A stretch of DNA of 64,000 nt from contig OX638151.1 of NCBI GenBank assembly GCA_951804945.1, positions 54,932,001-54,996,000 of the forward strand, written 5' to 3'. This stretch comes from Podarcis cretensis. Lineage: Eukaryota. A program made the position numbers and the translations under genes. Under the pieces are notes generated by a model that had not been told where the DNA came from, ran no database searches, and saw only the letters and a list, made by a program, of their open reading frames with translations. Below are positions 23,975-36,351 of this stretch, one piece after another (within the stretch, counting starts at the first letter, position 1; every line of letters begins with the position of its first letter).

Positions 23975-25595
23975 GATGGGAAAAGGCCTAGCATCAGGGA
24001 GCGGGGTCCACACTTGCTTCAGGTCGTGGCGGATGTTCTCCTGGAGACACCTAGTTTGGTTCTTCTAGGGGATTTTAACACCCATGCTGACACAACCTTA
24101 CAAGGGGCTGCTCGGGACTTCATGGAAAGCATGGCTTCCATGGGGCTGTCCCTGAATAAGTCTGGCCCAACTTATAACCGCGGACATGCCTTGGACCTGG
24201 TGTTCATCTCTATGGATGTTAGTGATCTGACACTAAGTAAAATCAAAACTAAAGAAGTGCCATGGTCAGATCACTTCCTGGTGCATCTGGACTTCTCCAC
24301 GACCCTTCCCCTCTGCAGGGAGGTGTGACCGATTCAGATGGTCCACCCCCACCACTTAATGGACCCAAATGGTTTCCAGAGAATGTAGGGTATGTTTTAT
24401 CCCATGTTGATGGCATTTCAGCTGATTCCCTGGTGGCCTGCTAGAATGTGGAGTTAACCAGGGCTATTGACTGTCTGGCTATGAAGCGCCCTCTCCAATT
24501 GCATGGAGCCTGGACAGCCCCGTGGTTTTCCCCGGAGCTGAGGGCGATGAAACAGTCGTTGAGATGGCTAGAGAACCGGTGGTGGAAAACTCATTCTGAA
24601 TTGGACCGGAAACAGGTTAGAGCTCAATGTTGAGCCTACCAAGTGGCAATAACGATAGCGTGGAGGACTTTCTTCACCACCTCTACTGCATATGCAGAAA
24701 GTAGCAGCAGGAGACTCTTTCAGGTGGTTCGCAATTTAACAGAACCGCCTTTGGCATCGGGGCCTAGAAAAGACCCCAATATCTCCTGCAATTATTTTGC
24801 AAATTTTCTTGCAGATAAAGTCTCTCAGTTTCGGAAAGAAGTAGACTCCACCGTGGGAGCAGGGCCGGAGTGGGGAAGTGCTAGTCAAGTTGCATGGAAT
24901 CAGTTCCAATCTGTTACCTCTGAGGATGTGAACATGCTGCTTAGACAAGTGAAACCAACCACCTGTCTCCATGATCCTTGCCCATCGTGGCTAATAAAAG
25001 CGGGCCGGGAAGGGCTGAGTGATGGGCTCTGTGGGGTGGTGAATGCTTCCCTCTGTGAGGGAGCCTTCCCAGCCACGCTAAAAGAGGTGGTTATTAAACC
25101 GCTTCTTAAAAAAACATCTTTAGACCCGGCTAATATGGCCAACTATCGCCCAGTCTCAAATCTTCCATTTTTGGGCAAGGTGATTGGGCGGGTGGTTGCT
25201 GAACAACTCCAAGCACGCCTGAAGGATGCGGACCATTTGGATCCCTTCCAATCGGGATTCAGACCTCATCATGGGACTGAAATTGCCTTGGTCACGCTGG
25301 TTGATGATCTCTGGTGGGCTAGGGACAAAGGTGAAAGCTGTTTCCTAGTTCTGCTGGATCTCTCAGCAGCCTTTGATACCATCGATCATAACATCCTTCT
25401 GCACCATCTAGAGAAGCTGGGAGCACTGTTATACAGTGGTTCTCCTCCTTTCTCCTGGGCCGTGTCCAGAAAGTGGTGATGGGGGATGAGTGTTCAAACC
25501 CCTGGGCTCTCACTTGTGGGGTCCCTCAGGGTTCCATCCTCTTCCCCATGCTTTTTAACATCTATATGGAGCTGCTGGGAGAGATCATCAGGGGA
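23975..25595 (+). mobile_element. Disrupted L2-clade LINE ORF2 (APE endonuclease C-terminus and RT) in the intron of gene D
   Basis: LLGDFN, GHALDLVF, WSDH; NYRPVSNLPFLGKV, DPFQSGFRPHHGTE, LLDLSAAFDTIDH, GVPQGS; contains stops and frameshifts. Confidence 0.9.
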
Positions 25596-26135
25596 GAGGT
25601 CTGCACGATGCTAATGAAAGAGAGGAGGTGGACTTAGCATGGCTTTCCCGATCGGGGAAGGGGGCGGCTGCCGGGGACGGAGGGAGGCAAGAAGGAGCCA
25701 TGTCTCTGACAAGGGAAGGCGGAATCAGTATCAGCAACAGCAACAGCTATTTTCAAATTCTTACTTTGAGTATTCTACCATAGGATAGTGCTTTGTCCCA
25801 CTTAAACTAAGCATTCATATGAATTCATCTCTGAATTTTCTAAGATTTTGCTTAAAAAAAATGGTCCCCCCCCCCACTTATATTAACTGAGTCACTTAAG
25901 TCACTCCTTACTCATATTTTTGCTAAACTAGAAAGTCCTGAACGCTGCAACCATTCCTCATGGGGGGTGGGGGATGAATTCTGATATCCGCCTATTACAA
26001 GCAGCCAAACAAGGGAGAGCATAAATAAATTCAAAATTGGCAATTCTCTGCCAGATTTTGGGAAGTGGAATACTGAAAAACTCAATACCTTAATAATTAC
26101 AAATTATATGTGATTTCTATAGGTTGAGAAGAAAA

Positions 26136-27107
26136 ATGGAATACATTGATAATGTCATGATGGCAAAAGCAAACACCTTGTCTTCCCACACTGCTGGTGC
26201 ACCCAAGAAAATGGTCAAATACATGCAAGCTTCATACTATTTCAGATTAAATATGCTGATTGCATCTGTTCCCATCTGCATTGGTGGATTAATAGCTAAT
26301 GCAATTGTCTTGTACCTTTACTGCTGCAAGATCAACAAGCCAAAGTTAGGCCCATATTTTTTAAATGTGACCTTTGCAAATCTTATTATAATCTTGTGCA
26401 ACCTTGAAGTGGCTGCTTTTTTTCTCGGAGACATGAAAACCTCTACAGTAGTCCAACGTGTAATGGAGATGCTTCATATTTTTGCATATGATACCACCTT
26501 ATATATCTTCACAGCTCTCACCGCTGAAAGGTTTCTCACTGTCTATTTCCCAGTCTGGTGGCAACATCACCGGTTCAAAGATTTCTCTGTCTCAATGTGT
26601 GCGATTTTGTGGATGGTTTCTGGCCTGGAGTCACTTATGGCATATTTTTCCTGCTATCCAAGATATGAAATTGTTAATGTTAACACTGCCATCTGTACAA
26701 TTGCAAATATAGTAGAAGTCATCATGGAAGCCATCCTTTTTTTCCCCAGCTTGTTCTTCTTCACTTTGGCCATTTGGATCAGAAGTCGAAGACCACAGCA
26801 AAAGCCTCTAGCAAGACTTGACATCACCATTGTAGTCATAGCTATTCTGATTCTGATTCTCAGTGTCCCAACTAGATTACTTCATGCTATTTCATATTGG
26901 GTGGAATCAATGAACTGGTATCTGTTGACGACCACTGCTCTGTTACTGGATACTTGTACCTGCAGCAGCATTCCTTTTGTATTCCTCATTGTTGGAAGCT
27001 GGAAGGGGCAGAAAGGCTTTGAACCCTTCTGTTTGTTTCTTGAGAGGGCTTTAAAGGATACTGAAGACACAGCAGAGCCAACAGCAGCGAACCAGGAGCA
27101 GGCATGA
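26136..27107 (+). CDS. MAS-related GPCR, gene D, 323 aa
   Basis: 7TM; acceptor AG at 26121-26122, ATG at 26136; AERF, FPVWWQHHR, RLDITIV, SSIPFVFLIVG, FLERALKD. Confidence 0.92.
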   Translation: MEYIDNVMMAKANTLSSHTAGAPKKMVKYMQASYYFRLNMLIASVPICIGGLIANAIVLYLYCCKINKPKLGPYFLNVTFANLIIILCNLEVAAFFLGDMKTSTVVQRVMEMLHIFAYDTTLYIFTALTAERFLTVYFPVWWQHHRFKDFSVSMCAILWMVSGLESLMAYFSCYPRYEIVNVNTAICTIANIVEVIMEAILFFPSLFFFTLAIWIRSRRPQQKPLARLDITIVVIAILILILSVPTRLLHAISYWVESMNWYLLTTTALLLDTCTCSSIPFVFLIVGSWKGQKGFEPFCLFLERALKDTEDTAEPTAANQEQA

Positions 27108-27672
27108 CAATATCCTTGTCCTCAGAAGTAATTTCCTTTTAAAAATAAAATAAAATGTATACGTTTTATGGAGAAAAAACGACATTCCTTCCAAGTTTCA
27201 GAATAAATTTATTTCAAATACTTTAAGGTTGTTCTTTACATTGATTCTAACACACCCACCTAGGTGTGGCACTAGGGCCACTTTCTCCTTTGGATGGCCA
27301 ACTAGGCAGAGGCAGCAGGTGGCCTGAAAGTAGAGGACTATAGTCAAAACTAGAGGGCAAAGGTGACTGAGCCACCAAAGACTGACAGTGATACCATTTC
27401 TCAATGTGGTCATTTAGTAAAGGCCCTCAAGGGAGAGCAAAAGTGTGGACAAGACGATCAGACAGTTGAGAAGGGCAAGCAATCAATACGAAAAAGAGGT
27501 TAGGAGTGGCAACAGAGGATGAAAGTGAAGAGTCTGGAAGCCCAGAGGAAAGAAAGAGACCTCTTGGTGTTATCACTGCTGCAGGGATAAGATCTTAAGT
27601 ACAGGTGCTCACCGTAACACTTCCATTGCCATGCTATGATCAGTTCTGCTCCTGTATCTATACACGCATGTA

Positions 27673-27913
27673 TAGTGGAACCTTGGTTTTCGAAAGTAAT
27701 CCGTTCTGGAAGACCGTTCGACTTCCAAAACATTCAAAACTCGAAAACTGAATACGGAATCCTCAGTACAACAGGGAAACTCAAAATGGAAGCCACGTGG
27801 CATGTTTGGCTTCTGAAAATCATTCAAAAACCGAAGCAGTTACTTCCGGGTTTTCGGCGTTCAAAAGCCGAAACGTTCGACAACGGAGATGTTCGAAAAC
27901 TGAAGTTCAACTG
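27673..27913. mobile_element. Tigger-like MITE (different subfamily)
   Basis: Degenerate TIR AGTGGAACCTT…AAGTTCAACTG; TA flanks. Confidence 0.65.
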
Positions 27914-28402
27914 TAAATGTGTGTTGTCCATGCGTATTCACGAAAAGGCTCATTTTGGGGAATTAGCAATACTACTCTTCAGATATTTGAGACTGTTAAA
28001 AACGTAAGGACATAAATTGAGCCTTCTGAATCAGGCCCACACCCCATCTCGGCCCCTTCTCATGGAAGCCAGCCAGGTGCCTGGGAGAAGCCTTCAAGTT
28101 AAGGCATAAGCACAACAGCATTCTCCCCTACTCGTTTCCAGCTAGTAGCCAGAGGCATAGTGTCTCTTGACAGTGAAGGTAGAACACAGACATGTAGCTA
28201 GGAGCCATGAATAGCCTTATCCTCCATTAATAGCCTTATCCAGCTGCACCTTTAACTCACAGATTAACTCACACCACCTCCTTGGTCACTTCCATTGTCC
28301 TTTTCTGAACTGTTCCTGAACTGTGTCCAATTCCACAATAACCTTTTTGAAGTGAACTGACTGAATTGTACACAGTATTGCAAATGCAGTCACACTATAG
28401 AT

Positions 28403-28532
28403 TAGGATTGCCATGTTTCAAAAAGTGAAAATCCAGACACAAAAGTTGTTGAGCTTATTTTAATCAAATTCATCAAAATTTACACTACCGGCATGGCTAT
28501 GTCCTGAAGATTCTGGACGTGTGGCAATCCTG
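28403..28532. mobile_element. hAT-like MITE
   Basis: TAGGATTGCCA…TGGCAATCCTG; perfect 8-bp TSD CTATAGAT. Confidence 0.8.
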
Positions 28533-28996
28533 CTATAGATTTGTATAACTGCATTATGGTCTCAGCATAATTCCTTTCCATTCCTTTCCCTAGCATGGAA
28601 TTCATTTTTTTTCTTCACAGCAGCAGCACAGCTTTACTGGTACAAAGAAATTATTGCACTGGCTTTAGTAAATCTGCTTCGTTTGATGAATATCTTGTGG
28701 ATTAATATTACTGTACTTTCTTCAGAGAGTTTGCATTAAGCACACAACAGCTACAATTATATTTACTTATAAATATTAAAGGCAGAGCTTCACAAACTAA
28801 GATTCACTGGAAATATAGGTCATCGCTCTGTTTGATTTTGCATTTTGCATTTATTTTTTATTTTAAATTTTTTTGGTTTTGCATTTTAAATGTTTTTAAA
28901 AAATAAAAAAATGAATTAAGTTTTTAAAGTAGTATCATGCTGATACATATTGATTTAGAAGCAACACAAGCAGCTCTTTGGCTTGAAATTCCACTT

Positions 28997-29630
28997 GTGT
29001 AACAAACTGAATGTTGGAATCTCATGACCTCACAGCAATTGTTAGCCAAGGTGAGCATTAGCTCATCTGTGATATCATTCTGTATCCATTCCAACATTCA
29101 GTTTGTTACACTTCACAATAGTGAAGCAAGTCACAACTTTGTAGGAATGTTTTCTGTACAGAGCAGAAGTATGATCAAAGAAGGTTGAAATGAACATTGG
29201 AGTGCATCTACCGGTATTGTCTTTTCTGTCTTGCAGCTGCTTTTGTGAGCTTGATTCGTAACCATTACATTTTTGTTACTGCCATCATTACCTAACTAAT
29301 TAACTTGCCAGACTTAATTCTGATTCTATGTGGCCTATTTATCCTGAGTATCCTGTCCAGATAGTTAAGCACAGGCATAGGCAAACTCGGCCCTCCAGAT
29401 GTTTTGAGACTACAATTCCCATCATCCCTGACCACTGGTCCTGTTAAGCTAGGGATGGTGGGAGTTATAGTCTCAAAACTTCAGGAGGGCCGAGTTTGCC
29501 TATGCCTGGTTAAGCAGATCACTGCACAAATAATATGTCTCCAACTTTGCCCTTTTTTGTTGGTGGAAGTGGCAGAGGGGCAAAGAGAGGAAGATTTAAA
29601 AAGGCAGAAAAACTGATATCTGTTAGTCAT
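28997..29630 (+). promoter_or_regulatory. Upstream module of gene E (5' part inverted, hAT MITE inserted)
   Basis: TGACCTCA at 29025-29032 (reverse orientation); the rest of the module is forward from 29088. Confidence 0.6.
29372..29508. mobile_element. hAT-like hairpin MITE
   Basis: Long TIR CAGGCATAGGCAAACTCGGCCCTCC; 8-bp TSD GTTAAGCA. Confidence 0.85.
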
Positions 29631-31735
29631 TTGCCTATCAGCACTTCTCTCCAAAATTACAATGGGAAAGTCATAAGTCTCTTGAAGCAAAAACGCATCA
29701 TAGCTATGTGCTTTGCTAAGATTGTTTAGTGGGGTGGAGTTCCCTCAGTTCACTTTGATTCCAATCCACGATGTAAGTCAGTTCTGAGAGAAGGTAAAGC
29801 CAGGATCGCTCAGATGTCCTTTAGAGAAGCCTTCCTCGGTGACCTCCCAATGTTGTGTCACCATAACTCCCACCTTCACTGAACTCTGGCCATGTTTCCT
29901 GGGCCAATCTGAAGTTGGAGACCAACATCTGGGGACACCAGGTTGAGGAAGTTTCATGTAAAAGTATCTGTGCTAGGCATCATCCCATGTGACCACATCT
30001 TCCATGGCCTCAATGCCAGTTGTTCCTGCCGATCCCAACAGCTTAACAACAGAAAAGGAATAGTAGTCACATGGACACATAACAGGCCTGTACTGCAGCA
30101 GCAATAATGACTATGCATCCAACTACTACATGAAGGCAACTACACCAGAAACTGGAAAATGTCCTGGTCCAGTGGGGTTACTAGACCTTAGTACCATCTC
30201 TGATGGATTCTACAAGTGGTGTCCTCACTTTGAAATTCCATCCAATTGTGCCACCTTGTGCCTGAACAAGATTTGTCTGAGCAATATTTTGTGATTATCT
30301 TGGGATATGGGATCAATTGACCAGCAGAGGCCAAATTTGTAACTAGATTCTTGAAAAATATCTGCTATCCAATGGGTGTGCAGAATGTCAGAAGCTGCTG
30401 GAATCTGTGGATGGATTAACGTCCAGAGAACTGAAGCAGTAAGTCCAATGTTTCTTGAATCATTACGAGAATAACAAAATCATGGTATTCTTTCTCTCTC
30501 AATTTGATTACAATAGTGCAGAAACCATATCTCTGTTAGTTGCTACCCATGATTGCACACATCAGTCCCCTCCCCAACAGAATATCCAGAGCAAAACAGG
30601 TTATAAAAAAACATCCATGGTACACTATCCAGCATTTATCATTTGAAACACAAACACAATTTAAAAATCTGAAGAATTCTAAAAAAGTCAGTATCAAAAC
30701 TACTGTTATAATATGTTAGATTATAGAGTCCTACAGCAGTCAGGATACAAACAGCAATCTAGATTGCTATGAAATAACACAACTTTTGAATTTTTTTCCA
30801 GTTCTATATACTCAGCCACCTTGGAATTAACCATTCTGGAAATACTATTTACAAAGAAAGAAGTAAAAAAGAATTAAGAATCTCAGGAAAAACAAAGCAC
30901 CTAGTCCAAATTCCCCTCTAAATTTCTAAAGTCTTTGTTGAACAACTGGCTATCCTCTTCAAAACTATGTTAAATGAGTCACTTGAAATTTTGTAAAGAC
31001 CAGATCTGAGGCAGTAATCGCAGTAATATCAAACACAGGTAAATATCAAACAAATCCAAGCTTTTTCTGTCTAATTTCTCCTTCTTAATCAAGACTACTC
31101 ATGAAATAGGGCTGCACTGCATAAATGAGCTGAGCTTCTGAGTACTTTGTGTTAATCTTTTTACATTACCTTTGGGGATGGGGGATAATACACAACAGCG
31201 ATTACTATGTGCCATGAGAATGCATTCTTTATACCAGGCAGCAGGGGGGTCTCTGACGCATGGGCCTTATGATCCCTGTCACAGTTCCCAATTTGGCCCA
31301 CAAGGTCATTTCCCCTCAACCATGCCTACCGTCTCCATTCCTGAAGTCATATGTGACATCAAGTGTGGGCAAGTGGAAATGAGCCCTTAATGTGCTCTCA
31401 ACAATTCTTTGGCAAGGAGTGGCTCACTATCAGCACCTGTTAGCTGGCCTACCAGTGCTTTCAACAGACAAACCTGAAGGGCATGGTCTTCCCAGACAGG
31501 GATGGGGAATGTTTAAGCCTTCGCATTTTGTTTGACCACAGCTTCCATCAGCCCCAGCAAACATGGCCAATGATTAGGGGTGATTTGAGTTGAAATTCAG
31601 CAAGATCTGGAAGGCCATGTGCTCTCCCTCCCTGTTCTAGGGAATATCCATGGGGATGATATGTGCTAGACCTTTCTGTAGAAAGAGTGGGTGGAAGTCC
31701 ACAACAGATTTTGTTGTGGCCAGACATTCTCAATA

Positions 31736-31976
31736 CAGTGGTACCTCTGTTTACGAACTTAATCCATTCCAGAAGTCCGTTTTTAAACGGAAACCGTTCT
31801 TAAACCAAGGTGCACTTTTCCTAATGAGGCCTCCTGCCGCTGGTGCCCTTCCACCGTTCAGCTTCTGTTCGTAAACCAAGGTAACGTTCGCAAACTGGGA
31901 CTCTACTTCCAGTTTTGCGGAGTTCGTAAACTGAATAGTTCGTAAACAGGGCTGTTCTTAAACCGAGGTACCACTG
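31736..31976. mobile_element. Tigger-like MITE
   Basis: CAGTGGTACCTC…GAGGTACCACTG; TA TSD. Confidence 0.85.
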
Positions 31977-32197
31977 TACCTCCAAATGGAGGCTTATATC
32001 CCTCTTTTACAATCCAGTACAAAGCAGCCAGACAAGCGAGATCACAAATTCGAACTGAGCTGTTCTCAGCTGAAACATAGGCAACTAGAATACTGTCAAG
32101 CAGGTGGTCCTTTTCAAAATTTCCTACCTCTGTTACATAAATATCAGCACCTTAATAATTACTAGTTGTATTTGATTTCCACAGGTTGAGAAGGAAA

Positions 32198-33163
32198 ATG
32201 GAAAACATCAATAATGTCATGATGGCAAAGGCAAGCACCTTGTCTTCCCACACTACTGATGCATGCAAGAATACTGTCAAATACATGCAAGCTTCATACT
32301 TCTACAGATTAAACGTGCTGGCTGTATCTATTCCCATCTGCATCATTGGATTAATAGCTAATGCAATTGTCTTGTGCCTTTACTGCTTCAAGATCAACAA
32401 GCCAAAGTTAGGCCCATATTTTTTGAGTGTGACCTTTGCAAACCTTATTGTAATCTTGTCCAACCTTGAAGTGGCTGCTTTTCTTCTCGCAGGAGTGGAA
32501 ACCCCTTTAGTGATTCAACGTCTAATGGAGATACTTCATATATTTGCATATGACACAAATATATACGTCGTAACATTTCTCACTGCTGACAGATTCCTCA
32601 TTGTCTATTTCCCAGTCTGGTGGCAACATCACCGGACCAAGCATTTCACGGTAATGATGTGTGTGATTTTGTGGTTCGTTTCTGGCCTAGAGTCACTGGT
32701 GGAATATTTTTCCTGCTATGCAACAGTCAGTACTTGGGCTTATAACACCTGTAGAACTGCAAGCGTGCTGGCACTCCTCATGGAGGTCATTATTTTTTCC
32801 TCCTGCATTTTCTGTTTCTCTTTTGCCATTTGGATCAGAATGCAAAGATCACAGCAAAAGCATCGAGCAAGACTTGACATAACCATTGTGGCCATAGCAA
32901 TTCTTATTCTTTTGCTTACTGTCCCAGTTAGACTTGTTAATATTATTTCACTTTGGGTAAGTGCAATAGATTATTATATGTTCACTAGCATTAGTCTGTT
33001 ACTGGATACTTGTACCTGCAGCAGCATTCCTTTTGTATTCCTCATTGTTGGAAGCTGGAAGAGGCAGAAAGGCTTTGAACCCTTCTATATGTTTCTTGAG
33101 AGGGCTTTAAAGGATACTGAAGACACATCAGAGCCAACAGCAGCGGACCAGGAGCAGGCATGA
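32198..33163 (+). CDS. MAS-related GPCR, gene E, 321 aa (closest paralogue of D)
   Basis: 7TM; acceptor AG at 32183-32184, ATG at 32198; ADRF, FPVWWQHHR, SSIPFVFLIVG. Confidence 0.92.
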   Translation: MENINNVMMAKASTLSSHTTDACKNTVKYMQASYFYRLNVLAVSIPICIIGLIANAIVLCLYCFKINKPKLGPYFLSVTFANLIVILSNLEVAAFLLAGVETPLVIQRLMEILHIFAYDTNIYVVTFLTADRFLIVYFPVWWQHHRTKHFTVMMCVILWFVSGLESLVEYFSCYATVSTWAYNTCRTASVLALLMEVIIFSSCIFCFSFAIWIRMQRSQQKHRARLDITIVAIAILILLLTVPVRLVNIISLWVSAIDYYMFTSISLLLDTCTCSSIPFVFLIVGSWKRQKGFEPFYMFLERALKDTEDTSEPTAADQEQA

Positions 33164-35628
33164 CAATATCCTTGGCCTCAGAAGTAATTTCTTTTTTAAA
33201 AAAATGTGTATGTTTTATGGAGGAAAAAAACGACGTTCCTTCCAAGTTTCAGAATAAATTTATTTCAAATACTTTAAGGCTGTTCTTTACATTGATTCTA
33301 ACACACCCACCTAGGCATGGCACTAGGGCCACTCTCTCCTTTGGGTGGCTACCTAGGCAGAGGCAGTAGATGGGCTGAAAGTAGAGGACTATAGTCAAAA
33401 CTAGACAGCAGAGGTGACTTATGTTAGGGCAGTTGCCAGGAGGACAGCAATAACTCACATGGTTAACTCTCTTCCAAGAAACCAAAAAGCTCAGGAGGCC
33501 AAGCCTAGTGACCATAGCAACTCTTCCCAGTAAGTCTAACTAAACGTCTCCACCTTCCCCAGGTCCTCCCCAAGCAATCTGAGACTCCAATGCCTTGTCT
33601 TTGTTCCACCCTCTTCATACGTCTTCTGGTTCTTAGTGACCCAGGGGGAGGCAAGCTGGTCACAGAAGGAGGGGGAGACCCCCTGGCTTCTTCAGCAATC
33701 AGCCACATCTCTGCCTCTTGCCCTCCCTTCCTCTCCAGCCTTTGCTTCTGCCTCTGATTCTGGATTGCTCTCTGACATAAGACCCTTCCTGCTCACTAAA
33801 CCATGTTATCTCTTCAGTTTCTGACAACTCCTCCACTCAGTCTTCTCCCTCTGACCACTCTTCCTCGTCCCACAACGAATCCCCTGGATCAGAGTCTTCT
33901 TCCCTTTGGGTTCCCCAGATGGTGCCTCCCACCGTTCCTCTGCATCTAGCCTGTCCATCACAACAGATTAGTGGGGGCAGAAGTGGCTGTGCCGCCAAAA
34001 ACTGAGCGTGACCTTTCTCAATGCAGTCATTCAGTAAGTCCACTTACCTCGTAATAGGTGCAGCAGTGTTGTGGGCCATCCGCCTCCTTCTTTAGATCTG
34101 ACAAGGGGTTGATTCAGACTTGATGTAGTGGAGGGCTCCTGGCAGGCGGGAGGCCAAAAGGGCCTACTCACCAGCAAGAAGTTTGAATCTAAACCTGCTG
34201 CCAAATTGGCCAATGGTGAGCCGGTTTAGGGACAGATGCTCATGCAGTGGGGGATGGGACCCAACTGAACAGCAAGCTTCACTTGGGTCTGCTCCTCACA
34301 TGAGGCCCGCCTCTTCCTTTGCACATAGTTCCTTGTCAGATCTTGCTGCAAATGGAGCTGTGTGGGCCACTGTAAGAGGCCAAAGACAACAGTGCTAGAA
34401 GAGGCTGAAGATCAGCGAGAAACATCCAAGGAGTGGGGAGAGCAAGTGGCAGCAACCAGCAGCTCCAAGCTAAATTGCCACAAAGTCAAATTCACACCCA
34501 GATTTCAGAGTGCCTCCCGGTTGCCAGTTGAGGTTTGCATGTGGATTTGCGTTGGCTCATGAAGGAATCCGAGTGGGACCATTTTGTGTTGGTCCACGTG
34601 TGCCATCCATCACCATGTGGTTTGGTGAAGAGCTCTACTGCAAGCACTATTGTGCTTCAGGTGAACTGAGTGGTCATGTGATGCATTTTCCTGGAACGAG
34701 CTTGGTTAGTTTTTTTAGCATTGCTCAACTAGCCATCTAGGAGCCTGGGTTTATAGCTCCCCCTTTTTTCCTGAGCTTATTATTTTTTCCTGTGTTGAGC
34801 AAGTAGCCATCCGGCAGCCTTGGTTTATAACCCTACCACCACCTTTTCTGTTTCGGCAGAGACTGAATAGCAGGGTGATTGGTTTGTTCGCAGCATAACG
34901 CGGGCTACCATCACTGGCTGCTCCGAAGCAAAACTAAGAAAAATAATGTTTATGGGGGGCAATGAAAGGGTTTTCACCTCATAGGCTTGCCATGGCTGTT
35001 CTGATGTCAGGACTGCTTCAGTTTGTATTGGTGAATACAGATCTCGGGAATTTATGGTGCTTGTTGGATTCTTGCTCAGTTGCTGTGGGGGTGTTTAATC
35101 ATTCTAAGCAAATTTAGTCTGTTGCCATTGAATTTTGAGCAGCACAGTGTTTAAGCAACATGTTTGCAAATGACAAAAATTCTGAAGCGTTGTAATTGAT
35201 TCATCAGGCTACTGTAACTTCCTCTATCTTGAGCAGGGATTGGGATTGGGTGGAGTACAAGCACTGCAGCTGTTGATTGGTGTTTGATGCAAAGGATTTT
35301 TGTGGTCATCCGGTTTCCCCCAATGAATTGTTTGTTTGGTGCAGCACTTGGTTCTCTCCCTTGAATGAAATGGAAATTTGATTGGTAGTTGTTTTCCCCT
35401 CCCCCGCTTGCTCAGTTGCTTGTGTCCAAATTAATTCAACAGTTGATCCTTTGTGCTGCTAGATCTATCAGTTCCCTCATTCATCCTAAAATTAATTTTT
35501 TAAATTTTAAATTTTTAAATTTAATTAACTCACAACTAGTTTCTCTCATACTCCTGTATTCATGCTGTTTGGTGGGTGCGCCTCTTTATAAAATGGTGAT
35601 CAGACACATTGAGGCGAAGTCCCTAGAC

Positions 35629-35859
35629 CCATGGTTCCGAACGTGGGGCACACACCCGCCCCAAAGGGGGGCAATTTGGTTTTTAGGGGGGGGCAATTCA
35701 AGAATGAGTTATGAACAGTGAATGGCCTTTTAGGCTTCCTCCACGTGAATAGGAGTTCACTTTTTGAATAATAAGAATTATATGTCATTGGGGGGGGGGG
35801 GAATCAGGATATCAGAGGTGCTTAGGTGGGCATGGCCAAAAAAAGGTTGGGAGCCACTG
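35629..35859. mobile_element. hAT-like MITE
   Basis: 8-bp TSD CCCTAGAC; degenerate TIRs. Confidence 0.65.
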
Positions 35860-36351
35860 CCCTAGACCCTGAACTATTTAAGTAATAAGCAGCACACTGT
35901 GGCAGTCATCAGTCCTGGACATGGTGTCTGGGATGGAAGATAGGGGAAAGTGATCACTATCACAACGTGGGTCCTGCAAAACCAAGTAATAGCTATGGAA
36001 CAGAGGTACCTCTATCAGCTTTGGCTGATACACTGACTGTACCTACTACTGGAATAAAGAAACCTAGCCATCCATATTTGCAATATAATCCTGGTCATGT
36101 TTATATGGAAGCAAGTCTCGTTCTGCTCAACTGGGTTTGCTCCCCAGTAAATATGTTTAGGGCTGCAGCCCTCATGACTTTCAGATTGTAAAGCATGTAA
36201 CACATTCTACATGAGGCTGCCCCCCAAGATGGTTCAAAAACTTCAGCTACTGCGGAATGCTGATACTTATTTATTAATAAGTATGGAATGTTGTATCACA
36301 TCTATTTTGAGACATCTGTGCTGTTATTGCCTACTAGTCTTCTACCAGTCA

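Noticed and set aside
24643-25479. 278-aa reverse transcriptase-like ORF as a host gene or novel RT system
   Set aside because: It is a fragment of a broken L2 LINE ORF2 with stops and frameshifts, ending before the YADD motif.
33422-33965. Possible solo LTR at the point where D/E 3' homology ends
   Set aside because: TGTT…AACA ends are present, but the TSD is poor and I could not confirm internal LTR signals.
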